Made by a program: the position numbers and the translations under genes
The notes under the pieces: generated by a model
What the model was told of the DNA's origin: nothing
The model's database searches: none
The model's input: the letters and a program-made list of their open reading frames with translations, nothing else
Shown here: positions 26,489 through 36,856 of the stretch, piece after piece
How the letters are laid out: each line of letters starts with the position of its first letter
Position numbering within the stretch: the first letter of the stretch is position 1
Source: Bdellovibrionales bacterium
GTDB taxonomy: Bacteria; Bdellovibrionota; Bdellovibrionia; Bdellovibrionales; UBA1609
DNA: 64,000 nucleotides
Direction: 5' to 3'
Assembly: GCA_965202645.1 (NCBI GenBank)
Contig: OZ241840.1
Location: 492,088 to 556,087, forward strand

Positions 26489-28386
26489 GGAATCCCCTAA
26501 CGGGCAAAAGAGCCAAACAAAAAAAGCCCCGCATAGTTTTGACAGGCCCTCCTAACAGCGGGAAGACCACGCTTTTTAACTGGCTGACCGGCTTTAAGCG
26601 CAAAACTGTCAATTATCCGGGATCTACCGCCCTGTTGTCCCTTGGAGATATTTTAGAAAAATATAACTGCCCGGCGGAGCTGGCGGACACTCCGGGAATT
26701 TACAGTTTATTTTCCCGCTCAGAGGACGCGAAAACAGCCCTTCAGGCCCTCTTTGAGAATCAAAGCCTTTCCGGGCTAATTGTGGCTCTGGACGCCGGCA
26801 AATTGGAAATCCAACTGCCTTTTCTCCTGCAATTAAAATCCGCCGGTTTTCCTCTAGTGGCGGCTTTGACTATGCGGGACACTTTGAGCGAGCGATCCCG
26901 GCTAAATGTTTCCGCTCTGGAAAAAGAGTTAAACTGCCCGGTTGCGCCTGTCAACGGCCTCTTAGGAGAGGGGGTGGTGGAGCTGGCTCAAAAGCTTAAA
27001 TCTATAAAAATTCATCCCCCCTTATTAAGAGTTAAAAAAATAAAGGATTGGGATCAAGAGCAATTCAACAAGGCTTCGGATCAGGCTCAAGCTATTGTCC
27101 GGCGCTCTCTCATAAATCCAGATCAAAAGGACAATAAAAACAGCCTTTTCCTCTCTGATAAATGGGACAGGCTGGCGCTGAGTCCCAGAAAAGGGCTTTT
27201 GCTTTTTGCCGGCATAATGTTTGGGCTTTTTTCCTCCATTTTTTGGCTGGCCTCCCCTTTTATGGAGGCTATAGACAAAGCCTTCTCTTTTTTAATTCGG
27301 CAAAGCGGGAAAAGCCTTTCGGCTTATCCTCAACTGGCGGATTTGTCGCATGGCCTGTTGGCCAGCTTTGGATCTGTTTTGGTTTTCGCGCCTCAAATTT
27401 TTATTCTTTTTGTCGGAATTTCCCTTTTGGAAAACACGGGCTATTTAGCCCGGGCGGTCGCCCTCATGGATGGGCCTTTTTCAAAAATAGGGCTGAGCGG
27501 CCGATCTTTTGTCCCTTTTTTATCCGGCTACGCCTGCGCCATCCCCGCTATTTTATTGGCCAGAAATCTCAGCTCTAAAAAAGAGAAATTTATGACTGTG
27601 TTCGCCATTCCCTTTATGACCTGCTCGGCTAGGCTTCCTGTCTATGCTCTGCTCCTCAGCTTTTTGTTTTACGGCCAGTCCGCCTGGAAGCCGGGAATAG
27701 CCTTGAGCTTTATTTACATCGCCTCGCTCTTTTTAGGGGCGGGCGCTGTCTGGATTTTAAGCCTTTTTTTAAAAGGAGAGGAGAAAGAGCCTTTTGTGTT
27801 GGATCTGCCCCTCTACCGCGCGCCGGCTATAAAAACAATTTTGCAAAGCGCGCTCCGGCAAACCCGGCATTATATTGTAAAAGCCGGGCCGGCTATTTTT
27901 TTTGCAGGTTTGGCGATTTGGCTTTTGAGTCATTGGCCGGCAAATCCTGACCTGCCCCCTTCTGAAAGAATCCAGCAAAGCTATGCGGGGCAAATGGGAA
28001 AGCTCGTGGAGCCTGTGTTTGGGGCTATGGGCTTGGATTGGCGGGCGGGAACAGCTTTGATCGCGGCCTTTGCGGCCCGAGAGGTTTTTGTGTCCGCCTT
28101 AGTTTTGATTTTTAGTGTTACAGCGCTCACGGAAGAGGGCCTCACCCATTCCCTTCTGGAGACTATGAAAAGCGCCAGCCATCCAGACGGAGCGCTGATT
28201 TTTACAACAGCCAGCGTGGCCGGGCTTGTGATTTTTTTTATGTTTTCTCTTCAATGCCTGTCCACAACCGCTATTGTTTATAAAGAAAGCGGATCGCTTA
28301 AATTAGCTCTGGCCCAATTTGCGGCGCTAAACATCCTCGCCTATTTTATGTCTGTATTGGCCTATCAAAGCTTAAGTTTAATTTAA
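26479..28386 (+). CDS. feoB: Ferrous iron transporter FeoB
   Basis: N-terminal G-domain (GPPNSGKTTLFN, DTPG) followed by a polytopic membrane domain. Confidence 0.95.
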   Translation: MAVRNPLTGKRAKQKKPRIVLTGPPNSGKTTLFNWLTGFKRKTVNYPGSTALLSLGDILEKYNCPAELADTPGIYSLFSRSEDAKTALQALFENQSLSGLIVALDAGKLEIQLPFLLQLKSAGFPLVAALTMRDTLSERSRLNVSALEKELNCPVAPVNGLLGEGVVELAQKLKSIKIHPPLLRVKKIKDWDQEQFNKASDQAQAIVRRSLINPDQKDNKNSLFLSDKWDRLALSPRKGLLLFAGIMFGLFSSIFWLASPFMEAIDKAFSFLIRQSGKSLSAYPQLADLSHGLLASFGSVLVFAPQIFILFVGISLLENTGYLARAVALMDGPFSKIGLSGRSFVPFLSGYACAIPAILLARNLSSKKEKFMTVFAIPFMTCSARLPVYALLLSFLFYGQSAWKPGIALSFIYIASLFLGAGAVWILSLFLKGEEKEPFVLDLPLYRAPAIKTILQSALRQTRHYIVKAGPAIFFAGLAIWLLSHWPANPDLPPSERIQQSYAGQMGKLVEPVFGAMGLDWRAGTALIAAFAAREVFVSALVLIFSVTALTEEGLTHSLLETMKSASHPDGALIFTTASVAGLVIFFMFSLQCLSTTAIVYKESGSLKLALAQFAALNILAYFMSVLAYQSLSLI

Positions 28387-28398
28387 GCGAAAAAGCCC

Positions 28399-30600
28399 TC
28401 AATCGTAATCTATTTTTCTTTTTACACTTAACACATTGTCTATTTGGCTGAGGCGGGCCATCAGCTGGCTGGCTTGCCTTAAGCCTTTAACTTTTGTGTC
28501 AAAAACAATAAAAACTTTTAGGGCGTTTGTCCGATTCACTTTAAGATTTGTAATATTCAACCCAAAAAAATTAAAAGCCTCGCTAAGTTTAGATAAAGTT
28601 CCCGGCTTGTCCAGACACACTGTGCTTAAAGACATAGTGTAATCATTGTTTAAGCTCTGATCGCTCTTCCAGCTTACATCAATAAATCGATCGGAGGAGA
28701 TCTGATCCAAAGCCTTGCAAATGTTTCTGTGAATGACAATGCCCTTTTTTTTGCTCACATAAGCCTTGACATGATCGCCCGCCACAGGATAACAGCATTT
28801 TGCAAAGTGAACCATCACATGATCCGCCCCCTCTATAGCCAAAGGGGATCCGGAAAAGTCTTTTTCCGGAGGGAGAGACAGCGGATCCGCCTGATCCAAC
28901 AAATCCTCCTGCTGACGTTTAAACACATAATCCGCTATTTGCTTAAACTCAATTTTTCCAAATCCCAAATCAATAAAAAGCTCCTCTTTTTTATTTAACC
29001 CCCGGCTTTTCATAAACTCAAAAATTTGAGGATGAGACCACAGCTCTTTTTCAGAGATTTTTAAGCGATAGCATCCTTTCTCAAACAGCTTCTCCCCTAT
29101 TTCCATAGATTTTTTTCTTTCCTCCGCCTTAAAAAAGCTTTTGATTTTAGAGCGGGCTTTGGAGGTGACGCACATTTTGAGCCAGTCTTTAGACGGCTTG
29201 GGCTTTTTAGAGGTGACAATCTCCACCGTATCCCCGCTCTTCAGCTCATGGCTTAAAGGGGTCTGCCGGCCATTGACTTTAGCCCCAATAGTTTTCTCCC
29301 CCAGTTGAGTGTGAATGGCGTAGGCAAAGTCAATGGGAGTCGCGCCTTTGGGAAACTCTTTGATTTCCCCTTCCGGGGTAAAAACATAAATCTCCGATTC
29401 AAAAAGATCCATTTTTACATTTTCCAAAAACTCCTCAGAATCATCGGAATGCTGATGCCAAGCCAGCAAATCCTTCAGCCAGTTGAATTTTGAAAGGCTG
29501 TCGCCTTTGATTTGCGCTTTTTGATTTTTAAGCTTATAAATCCAGTGAGCCGCCACTCCCCTTTCCGCCATGAGGTGCATATCATGGGTGCGTATTTGAA
29601 TTTCAATTTGCCGCCCCTCCGGCCCTAAAACAGTGGTGTGAAGGCTTTGATAGTTATTCCTTTTAGGCATGGCGATAAAATCCTTAAAACGGCCGGGGAC
29701 CGGCTTCCAAAGGGCGTGGGTCAGGCCCAAAGATTCATAGCATTCATGAATTTCCTCCACGCAGATGCGAAAAGCCGCAATATCATGAATTTCCTCAAAA
29801 GGAATGTCTTGATAGATCATTTTTTGATGGATGGAGTAAAGATTTTTGTATCGCCCCTCCACTTCGCAATTCCAGACGCCATTGGCTTTCAGCTCCTTTT
29901 CCAACAGGCCGACCACCTTTTTTTGATAAGCATTTCTGTCTGTGTTAAGCTCCCTCATTTTCCTCTCCAAGCCGGCATAGCTTTCCGGCTGAGAAAATTT
30001 AAAAGATAAATCCTCCATCTCCACTTTCATTTCATTCATGCCCAAACGGGAGGCTAAGGGGGTATAAATCTCCAAAGTCTCATTGGCTATCGCTGTTTGG
30101 CGATCTTCCGGCATGTGCTGGAGGGTTCTTAAATTATGAAGCCGGTCAGCCAGTTTAACCAAAATCACACGAACATCCCGCCCCATGGCCACAATCATTT
30201 TTCTGATATTTTCGCTTTGTTTGTGATAAATGTTGCGAAATTTCATGCGGGAGATTTTTGTGACTCCATCCAGCAAAAAAGCTACAGTCGGCCCAAACTC
30301 TTTTTCTATGTCCTTAAGAGAGGCTGAAGTGTCCTCCACGACATCATGGAGAAGAGCTGTAATGACGCTCTCCTGATCCATCTCCAAATCAGCTAAAATA
30401 TCAGCGACATTCAGGGGGTGGATAATGTAAGGCTCTCCGCTTCGCCTTTTCTGGCCATCATGGGCTTTTTTGGAGTATTCATAAGCCTTAATGATGGGAT
30501 CTATTTTAATTTTAGGGCTGCGCTTTTCCAGCTTGAGCTTTAAATCCTCAAAAGTGATGGAGTGGGATTTTGCGGGGATAATTTTTTGCGGGACAGCCAC
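28399..30600 (-). CDS. rel: Bifunctional (p)ppGpp synthetase/hydrolase (RelA/SpoT homolog)
   Basis: HD hydrolase domain (HPLNVA...LHDVVEDT), synthetase domain (YKNLYSIHQKM...YQSLHTTV), and TGS and ACT regions. Confidence 0.95.
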   Translation of the reverse strand: MAVPQKIIPAKSHSITFEDLKLKLEKRSPKIKIDPIIKAYEYSKKAHDGQKRRSGEPYIIHPLNVADILADLEMDQESVITALLHDVVEDTSASLKDIEKEFGPTVAFLLDGVTKISRMKFRNIYHKQSENIRKMIVAMGRDVRVILVKLADRLHNLRTLQHMPEDRQTAIANETLEIYTPLASRLGMNEMKVEMEDLSFKFSQPESYAGLERKMRELNTDRNAYQKKVVGLLEKELKANGVWNCEVEGRYKNLYSIHQKMIYQDIPFEEIHDIAAFRICVEEIHECYESLGLTHALWKPVPGRFKDFIAMPKRNNYQSLHTTVLGPEGRQIEIQIRTHDMHLMAERGVAAHWIYKLKNQKAQIKGDSLSKFNWLKDLLAWHQHSDDSEEFLENVKMDLFESEIYVFTPEGEIKEFPKGATPIDFAYAIHTQLGEKTIGAKVNGRQTPLSHELKSGDTVEIVTSKKPKPSKDWLKMCVTSKARSKIKSFFKAEERKKSMEIGEKLFEKGCYRLKISEKELWSHPQIFEFMKSRGLNKKEELFIDLGFGKIEFKQIADYVFKRQQEDLLDQADPLSLPPEKDFSGSPLAIEGADHVMVHFAKCCYPVAGDHVKAYVSKKKGIVIHRNICKALDQISSDRFIDVSWKSDQSLNNDYTMSLSTVCLDKPGTLSKLSEAFNFFGLNITNLKVNRTNALKVFIVFDTKVKGLRQASQLMARLSQIDNVLSVKRKIDYD

Positions 30601-30794
30601 AGGGCCATTTTAACAAGAAGTTTTAAATTTTACAACTGGAGAAACCGGCTGGCCGGCTCAGCTTGAAAAAAATCCCGCTTTATCTTCAGGAGCTTTGCGC
30701 TTTACAGCCGGTATAATTTGAGGCTCAATCCTTTTTTTGTCATAATCCACATTGATGGCTGGGAAGAGCCGGCATAAAAACAGAAAATATCAAC

Positions 30795-32723
30795 TCAATC
30801 CTCTTTTTTGTCATAGTCCACATTGATGGTCTCGCTGTCTCCCCCGCTTTCGCCCTCCGGTTTTTTCTCCTGTTTTTTTTCCCGGCTGGAGCTGTCCTCT
30901 TTTTTTGCGTCCTCTTTTTGAGTTTGCTTATAAACCTCCTGGCCAATTTGCTGAAAATTTTGCTTCACCTGATCTCTGATATTTTTCAGCTCATCTATGT
31001 CTATTTCATCTTTTTTCAAAGATTCTCTGGCTGTTTCAAAAGATTTTTCAGCCTCCGATTTCATGTGAGATGGGATTTTTTCCTCGTTTTCCTTTATAAT
31101 TTTTTCACACTGATAGATCATCTGATCTAATTCATTTCTTAAATTGACTATTTCTCTCCTTTTGAGGTCCTGCTCCTCATAAACCTGAGCGGATTTGATC
31201 ATTTGGCTAATCTCCTCCTCGCTCAAGCTGGGTTTGTCAATGCGAATATTTTGGCTTTTCCCTGTCGCCTGATTTTTTGCGGAAACATGAATAATCCCAT
31301 TGGAGTCAATGTCAAAAGAGACCTCAATTTTAGGAACTCCTCTGGGAGCGGGAGGAATATCCCTCAAATCAAATCGCCCCAGAGTTTTATTGTCCTTAGC
31401 CAAGCCTCTCTCCCCCTGAAGAACATGGATGGACACAACATTTTGATTGTCCTCCGCTGTGGAAAAGACCTCTGATTTTTTTGTGGGAATGGTTGTGTTT
31501 TTAGGGATTAGAGCGGTCATTACCCCGCCCAAAGTCTCTATGCCCAAAGACAAAGGCGTCACATCCAACAGCAGAACATCCTTTATCTCATTGGACAAAA
31601 TGCCCGCCTGGACAGCGGCTCCGGCCGCCACAACCTGATCGGGATTGACTGAAAGATTTAAGTCTTTGTTAAAAAAATTTTTCACCGCGGACTGGACCGC
31701 CGGAATGCGTGTGCTTCCCCCAACCATGATCACCTCATTGATTTCATCCACTGTGAGATTGGCGTCCTTTAAAACTGTCTCGCAGGGCTTTAGAGTTTTT
31801 TGAACCAGATGATCGGTCAACTGCTCAAATTTAGATCGGGTTAAAGATATGTCCAAATGCTTCGCGCCCCCCTCTCCAGCTGTAATAAAGGGAAGGTTAA
31901 TGGAGGTCTCCTGGGCGGAGCTAAGCTCCATTTTGGCCTTTTCCGCCGCCTCCCGCAGTCTTTGAAGGGCCATTTTATCCGCTCTCAAATCAATGCCCTC
32001 CATTTTTTTAAACTCATCAGCCAGCCAGCCTAAAACCGCCTCGTCAAAATCGTCTCCGCCCAGCTTTGTGTTTCCGTTTGTGGACTTCACCTCCACCAGC
32101 TGATCTGTAATGTCCAAAATAGAAATATCAAAAGTCCCTCCGCCAAAGTCATAAACAGCGACCAAGCGGTTCTCCTTTTTATCCATTCCGTAAGCCAAGG
32201 CGGCCGCTGTAGGCTCATTGATAATCCTTTTGATTTTTAAGCCCGCCACTTTGCCGGCGTCTTTTGTCGCCTGCCGTTGGGAATCATTAAAATAAGCGGG
32301 AACTGTGACCACCGCCTCTTTCACTTCCCGGCCTAAATAAGACTCCGCGTCTTTTTTGAGTTTGGATAAAATGAGAGAGGCCACTTTTTCCGGGGAGATT
32401 TCCTCACCGTGGACCAGGAAAGCGCAGTTTTCACTGCCTGATTTTTTAACTGTTTTAAAGGGGTAATTTTTAATTTCATCTTGAATTTCAGAATACAGCC
32501 GTCCAATAAATCTTTTAGAGGAAAAAATGGTGTTGCTGGGGTTGCTGACAGCCTGCCTTTTAGCAATTTGGCCAACCAGAATATCCCCTTTTTTGCCAAA
32601 GCCAACCACAGATGGCGTCGTGTAAGCCCCCTCCGCATTGGTTAAAACTTTAGGCTTGCCATTTTCAATAATGGACACCACAGAGTTTGTTGTCCCTAAA
32701 TCAATGCCGATAACCTTTCCCAT
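30795..32723 (-). CDS. dnaK: Chaperone DnaK (Hsp70)
   Basis: [17 protein letters not shown] and VGGSTRIP signatures, with a full-length Hsp70 layout. Confidence 0.97.
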   Translation of the reverse strand: MGKVIGIDLGTTNSVVSIIENGKPKVLTNAEGAYTTPSVVGFGKKGDILVGQIAKRQAVSNPSNTIFSSKRFIGRLYSEIQDEIKNYPFKTVKKSGSENCAFLVHGEEISPEKVASLILSKLKKDAESYLGREVKEAVVTVPAYFNDSQRQATKDAGKVAGLKIKRIINEPTAAALAYGMDKKENRLVAVYDFGGGTFDISILDITDQLVEVKSTNGNTKLGGDDFDEAVLGWLADEFKKMEGIDLRADKMALQRLREAAEKAKMELSSAQETSINLPFITAGEGGAKHLDISLTRSKFEQLTDHLVQKTLKPCETVLKDANLTVDEINEVIMVGGSTRIPAVQSAVKNFFNKDLNLSVNPDQVVAAGAAVQAGILSNEIKDVLLLDVTPLSLGIETLGGVMTALIPKNTTIPTKKSEVFSTAEDNQNVVSIHVLQGERGLAKDNKTLGRFDLRDIPPAPRGVPKIEVSFDIDSNGIIHVSAKNQATGKSQNIRIDKPSLSEEEISQMIKSAQVYEEQDLKRREIVNLRNELDQMIYQCEKIIKENEEKIPSHMKSEAEKSFETARESLKKDEIDIDELKNIRDQVKQNFQQIGQEVYKQTQKEDAKKEDSSSREKKQEKKPEGESGGDSETINVDYDKKED

Positions 32724-33063
32724 ATATTCCCCCTTTTTTGTTATATTTTTATCAAAGTTTGATCTATTAGGCTAATATTAACTCCATTCTTCAGAGAGCC
32801 TCTTTCCCATCTTCGCTCAGAAACTCTTTTGCGCCTAACATGATTAACTCTATTCTTTAGCGCTTTTTCCTCTCCTATCCGCGCCCGGCGCAAAAACTGT
32901 TTGCTTAAAGGCCCTTTTGTCAATTTACTTAATGTTGAGACAACTGCCTCTGTTGTCAAGCCCGGCGGAAAAAAATTTAAGCCGAGCCGGCTCTTGCAGC
33001 CTGTTCAAAAGGCTGGGGTCCGTCTTTTTCAGAGGCCAAATTGCTGAGGCGGGCAGAATCCGC

Positions 33064-34179
33064 TTAAAACAATTTTCTCTTTTTTTCTGAAATGGATTCC
33101 CGTTTGATGTCCGCAATTTCCCTCAAAAGCTCCTCTTCTCTTTTTTTAAGCTTTTTAGGCAGATCTACATGGATTTCACATATCAAATCGCCCCTTGTGG
33201 GATTATTTAAGCTGGGCAGGCCCCGATGAGGGAGGCGAATTTGCGCTCCGGGCTGGGTTCCGGGGGGGATTTTGACAGTCTCTTTCTCTGTCAATCCCCG
33301 CAGAGATTTTTCAGTCCCTAAAAGAGCTTGCAGATAAGAGATGGAAATAGACGCTCTGAGATCCCGCCCATCTTTTACAAACAGGGAATGGGGCTTTAAG
33401 CGAACTTCCATATAAAAATCACCGGGCGGCGCGCCGGAAGGGCCAGGCTCCCCTTCGCCCTGAAGGCGAAGTTTTGTCCCACTGCTGACGCCGGGCGGGA
33501 TTTTCACAGTCAAAGCTCTTTTTTTCCGGACAATCCCTTTGCCGTAACAATTTCCGCAAGGGCTTTCTAAAACTGAGCCTTGCCCTCCGCAGGAAGAGCA
33601 GGCTCTGGCTACAGAAAAAAAGCCTTGTTGAGAGATATGCTGCCCGCGGCCCTTGCATTGGCGGCAGGCTGTCCTTTTAGTTCCCGGCTGAGCGCCGGAG
33701 CCTTTGCAAATAGAGCAGGAGCTATGGCCGTGAAAAGAGATTTCCTTTTCCGCCCCGGTCAGAGCCTCTTTTAAGTCTAATTTCACCTCATGGTAAAGAT
33801 CAGCCCCTTTTTTGACCCTTTCAAAGTTAGAGGAGGAAAACAGCTCCTCAAATCCGCTAAAGCCTCCTCTAAAGCCTCTGCCAAAAAAGTCAGAAGCGCC
33901 AAAAATATCTTTAAAAGCCTCAAAAATATCCCCCACATCCTGAAAGCCTCCCCCTCCATTAAAGGCGCTGTGGCCGAAGCTGTCATATTTTCGCCTTTTT
34001 TTGGGATCGCCTAAAACTTGATAAGCCTCAGAGGCCTCTTTAAACTTCTCCTCCTTGCCCTTATCTCCTTTGTTTCGATCCGGATGATATTTAAAGGCCA
34101 GCTTTCTATAAGCTTTTTTAATCTCATCCTGAGAGGCGGTTTTAGAGACAGACAGAATGTCATAATAATCTTTAGGCAT
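33064..34179 (-). CDS. dnaJ: Chaperone DnaJ
   Basis: J-domain MPKDYYDIL...KYHPD, G/F region, and four CxxCxGxG zinc-finger motifs. The start is set at MPKDYY (ORF open to 34194). Confidence 0.95.
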   Translation of the reverse strand: MPKDYYDILSVSKTASQDEIKKAYRKLAFKYHPDRNKGDKGKEEKFKEASEAYQVLGDPKKRRKYDSFGHSAFNGGGGFQDVGDIFEAFKDIFGASDFFGRGFRGGFSGFEELFSSSNFERVKKGADLYHEVKLDLKEALTGAEKEISFHGHSSCSICKGSGAQPGTKRTACRQCKGRGQHISQQGFFSVARACSSCGGQGSVLESPCGNCYGKGIVRKKRALTVKIPPGVSSGTKLRLQGEGEPGPSGAPPGDFYMEVRLKPHSLFVKDGRDLRASISISYLQALLGTEKSLRGLTEKETVKIPPGTQPGAQIRLPHRGLPSLNNPTRGDLICEIHVDLPKKLKKREEELLREIADIKRESISEKKRKLF

Positions 34180-34372
34180 AAAAATTTCCCTCAAGCTTTC
34201 TCAATCTCATCCTGAGAGGCGGTTTTAGAGACAGACAGAATGTCATAATAATCTTTAGGCATAAAAATTTCCCTCAAGCTTTCTCAATCTCATCCTGAGA
34301 GGCGGTTTTAGAGACAGACAGAATGTCATAATAATCTTTAGGCATAAAAATTTCCCTCAAGCTTTTGAGCCT
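34111..34372. repeat. 83-bp tandem triplication covering the dnaJ RBS, start codon and first 20 codons
   Basis: ATCTCATCCTGAGAGGCGG starts at 34121, 34204 and 34287. Each upstream unit encodes [23 protein letters not shown]. Confidence 0.95.
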
Positions 34373-34843
34373 TTATAGACAATAAGCGGTTAAAATAGCC
34401 AAAAATCAAGGATCAAAATATTTCTTTAGCTGTCCGGCCTTGATTTTAAAAGCATATAAGTATATGAAAGAAATAAGCCAGGCAATCATTTTGTCCATCA
34501 TTAAGGGCGGGTTTGTGGGATATAGAGCTATAAGCGGCGCTGTCACGGGCAAATTGGAGCTGATATTTAAGTCTCTGGGATTAAGCGAGCGTTAGCGCGG
34601 GCAAAGGGGATGATTTTCTAACAGTTTTATATACAGCAGAGCCATGATGCGCTATACCGGTCAAGATTGAAAAAACAAAGAGCAATGAGGCCAGTTTGAT
34701 GGCCGCTCGCTATAAGCTAAAAAAGCAAAAAATAATAAATGAGGAGCTAGCAGATCAGACATAAAATGAGCGAAAAGGCGGATGAGCGCGCTCCGCTTTC
34801 CGCGAGGCAAAAAGCTAAGCGCTTTAAAAGGAGATCAAAAAAA

Positions 34844-34934
34844 GCCCGAGTGGTGGAATTGGTAGACACACAGGACTTAAAATCCTGCGGTTTTTATTAA
34901 AGCTGTGCCAGTTCAAGTCTGGCCTCGGGCACCA
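34844..34934 (+). tRNA. tRNA-Leu (anticodon TAA), 91 nt with a long AT-rich variable arm
   Basis: Acceptor GCCCGAG/CTCGGGC, anticodon stem CAGGA/TCCTG with loop CT-TAA-AA, T-arm GCCAG-TTCAAGT-CTGGC, encoded CCA. Confidence 0.9.
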
Positions 34935-35062
34935 CGATCCAAATTTATGTTAAGCGCTAAAGGGCAAATCGCCATTTTTGTTGTCTTGATTTTTCAGGCT
35001 ATTTTTATAGTTGGATGATGTGAGGGCATAACATATCAAGGGGAGAAAACAAAGAAGGAATT

Positions 35063-35206
35063 ATGGCTCAAATACAGCGTCTTTGCGCCACGACAAAGTC
35101 GGCAGCCCTCAGCAAGATGCAAAATAGTCAAAAGAGCATAGCCAAGCCGGCCAAACAATACGGAATAGCCCCTAATGCCGCATTCAAATGGCGATCCAGC
35201 CACTGA
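35063..35206 (+). pseudogene. IS3-family orfA remnant (47 codons)
   Basis: MAQIQRLCATT...KQYGIAPNAAFKWRSSH* resembles the IS3 OrfA HTH (..ygIs.ntlykWrk), truncated. Confidence 0.55.
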
Positions 35207-35304
35207 GCGCGCCGGCTGAAAAATAGCTTTATTTTTTAAGCTTATTTTCCTGAAAGAGCCATCCTTGACAAAGGCCGCGAATCTGCGCTCAGCTTGTTTT
35301 TAGA

Positions 35305-35898
35305 TTATCCCGCCGTCAGAAGGCTCAAAAGCTCTTTTAGCCTAAAAAACAAATATTTAAAGAAGGAAAGGCTATAGCATTGCCAAGCTGTTTTGTCCCA
35401 GCCGATTTTTCTATAGCTCTCAGGAGCCGGCCTGTTAATAAGATCAAAAAGCAGGGGCTGATTATAGGGGACAAAATCGCTGGAGTTAAAATTTTTGCTG
35501 TAGTCCTTCGGATGAACATAATAAACATAAGAATGAATCAAGACATTTGTTTTTATATTAAAGCGATAAACATCAAAAATCTCTCTGTAAAATCCTTGCT
35601 GCTCACGCGCTGTTGTCAAATAAGCTGAGGATAAAACATTTTTGCTCAAGCGGAGGTCCAGCAGCTCCCCCCTGTATGAAAAATTAGCTGTATAAAGCTT
35701 TTTGCCGGCTTTGGAATAGTAAAAAGTTCGATCAAAATAGCTCAAAGCGCCATCAAAAGGCCGCAGGGGATCAATGCCTGTTTTAAAAGCGGATCTTAAA
35801 AAATCACAAATAAAAAAATGTTTTTCTTTAGCGGAAGAGCAAAAGCTAAAAAGAGCAAAAAACAAAATAAAAGCTGTTCCCCTCATACTCTTTATCAT
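35305..35898 (-). CDS. Hypothetical secreted protein
   Basis: Signal-like MRGTAFILFFALFSFCSSA. I recognise no family. It lies between two IS3 remnants. Confidence 0.45.
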   Translation of the reverse strand: MIKSMRGTAFILFFALFSFCSSAKEKHFFICDFLRSAFKTGIDPLRPFDGALSYFDRTFYYSKAGKKLYTANFSYRGELLDLRLSKNVLSSAYLTTAREQQGFYREIFDVYRFNIKTNVLIHSYVYYVHPKDYSKNFNSSDFVPYNQPLLFDLINRPAPESYRKIGWDKTAWQCYSLSFFKYLFFRLKELLSLLTAG

Positions 35899-36011
35899 TT
35901 AACGCCAATAAAGCCTATAATGTCAAACCGCTAAAAGGCTGAGCGGCAGACAATGACAAGTCCTGATAACCGCCAATAAAGCTTATAATGTCAAACCGCT
36001 AAAAGGCTGAA

Positions 36012-36281
36012 TAATTTGGGGTTTATTCAATCCATGTCCCGAAAAGGGAGCTGTTATGACAACGCTTATTGTGAAAGCTGTTTTCTTTGCTCAAACGGGA
36101 ATTAGGCTGTAAAGTGTATTCTGGAATTAATGAGGCAAGAGAGAAGATTTTTGAGTGGATTGAAGGGCGGCATAACACTCAACATCTCCCTTCCGCTTTG
36201 GGCTATAAAAGCCCTTTGGAATTTGAAAAAAGGATACAACGCAATATGAAAAAGACTCATAACTTTAATCCGCTTTTTTAG
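36012..36281 (+). pseudogene. IS3-family transposase (OrfB) C-terminal remnant with an internal frameshift
   Basis: IQSMSRKGSCYDNAYCESCF in one frame, then LLKRELGCKVYSG...AREKIFEWIEG.HN......ALGYKSPLEFE in another. These are classic IS3 DDE C-terminal motifs. Confidence 0.7.
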
Positions 36282-36401
36282 CGCGATCCAGTGTAAAATT
36301 TTCCGATAAACGGGCCTTTTTTAAAATTTTCTTGTATTTTATTGATTAAAGCCGCATAAAGCGCTATTAAGCAAACCATAAGCAAAGGAAGGACAAGAGA
36401 A

Positions 36402-36776
36402 ATGCGTGCCACATTTAAAGCCATCAGTTTGACGATAATTTTATTATTGAGCAGTGGCTCGCTCTTTGCGCACGCGCATCTTCCACAGCCCGCTCCCAGC
36501 TATTGGGGGGGGATTCCGATATGCCCCAACCCCTATACCCACAGCTCCATTTGCCACACTTATTCCGGCCAGGCCTGCTCCCTTTATATAAGCTATTATC
36601 AGCCGTCTTGGTTTTCCGCTTGTTTGAGCAGCGGTTTTTTTCATGCCTGTCTAAATGCCCCCGCCTTTCCCGCCCCCCTGGTCCAAAACGCCTGTTATTT
36701 AAGGGGAACTCCCTGCGTTTGCTCTTTTGGCCTGATTAACGGCTATTACTACTATGAGCCGGGATTTGTGAATTAA
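36402..36776 (+). CDS. Small secreted cysteine-rich protein (hypothetical)
   Basis: Signal peptide MRATFKAISLTIILLLSSGSLFA and cysteine-rich mature part. Contains a G8 tract at 36496-36503. Confidence 0.45.
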   Translation: MRATFKAISLTIILLLSSGSLFAHAHLPQPAPSYWGGIPICPNPYTHSSICHTYSGQACSLYISYYQPSWFSACLSSGFFHACLNAPAFPAPLVQNACYLRGTPCVCSFGLINGYYYYEPGFVN

Positions 36777-36856
36777 AAACTGCTGGGATCAGATCCGCCT
36801 CAAATATAAAACCCTTTACACGCGTGACAATTATGAGAAACGGCCCATCTGGAGCT

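Noticed and set aside
32724-33063. I searched the dnaK upstream region and the dnaJ leader for a CIRCE element (TTAGCACTC-N9-GAGTGCTAA) or a sigma32 promoter.
   Set aside because: I found no CIRCE-like inverted repeat. Only a short hairpin (GACAAC-N7-GTTGTC at about 32936-32954) and weak -35/-10 candidates are present, which is not enough to call.
28436-34215. Numerous 60-125-aa ORFs antisense to or out of frame within rel/spoT, dnaK and dnaJ, for example 29638..30009, 31203..31475, 32333..32638 and 33419..33658.
   Set aside because: They are fully embedded in strongly supported conserved genes, have no independent signals, and are typical shadow ORFs.
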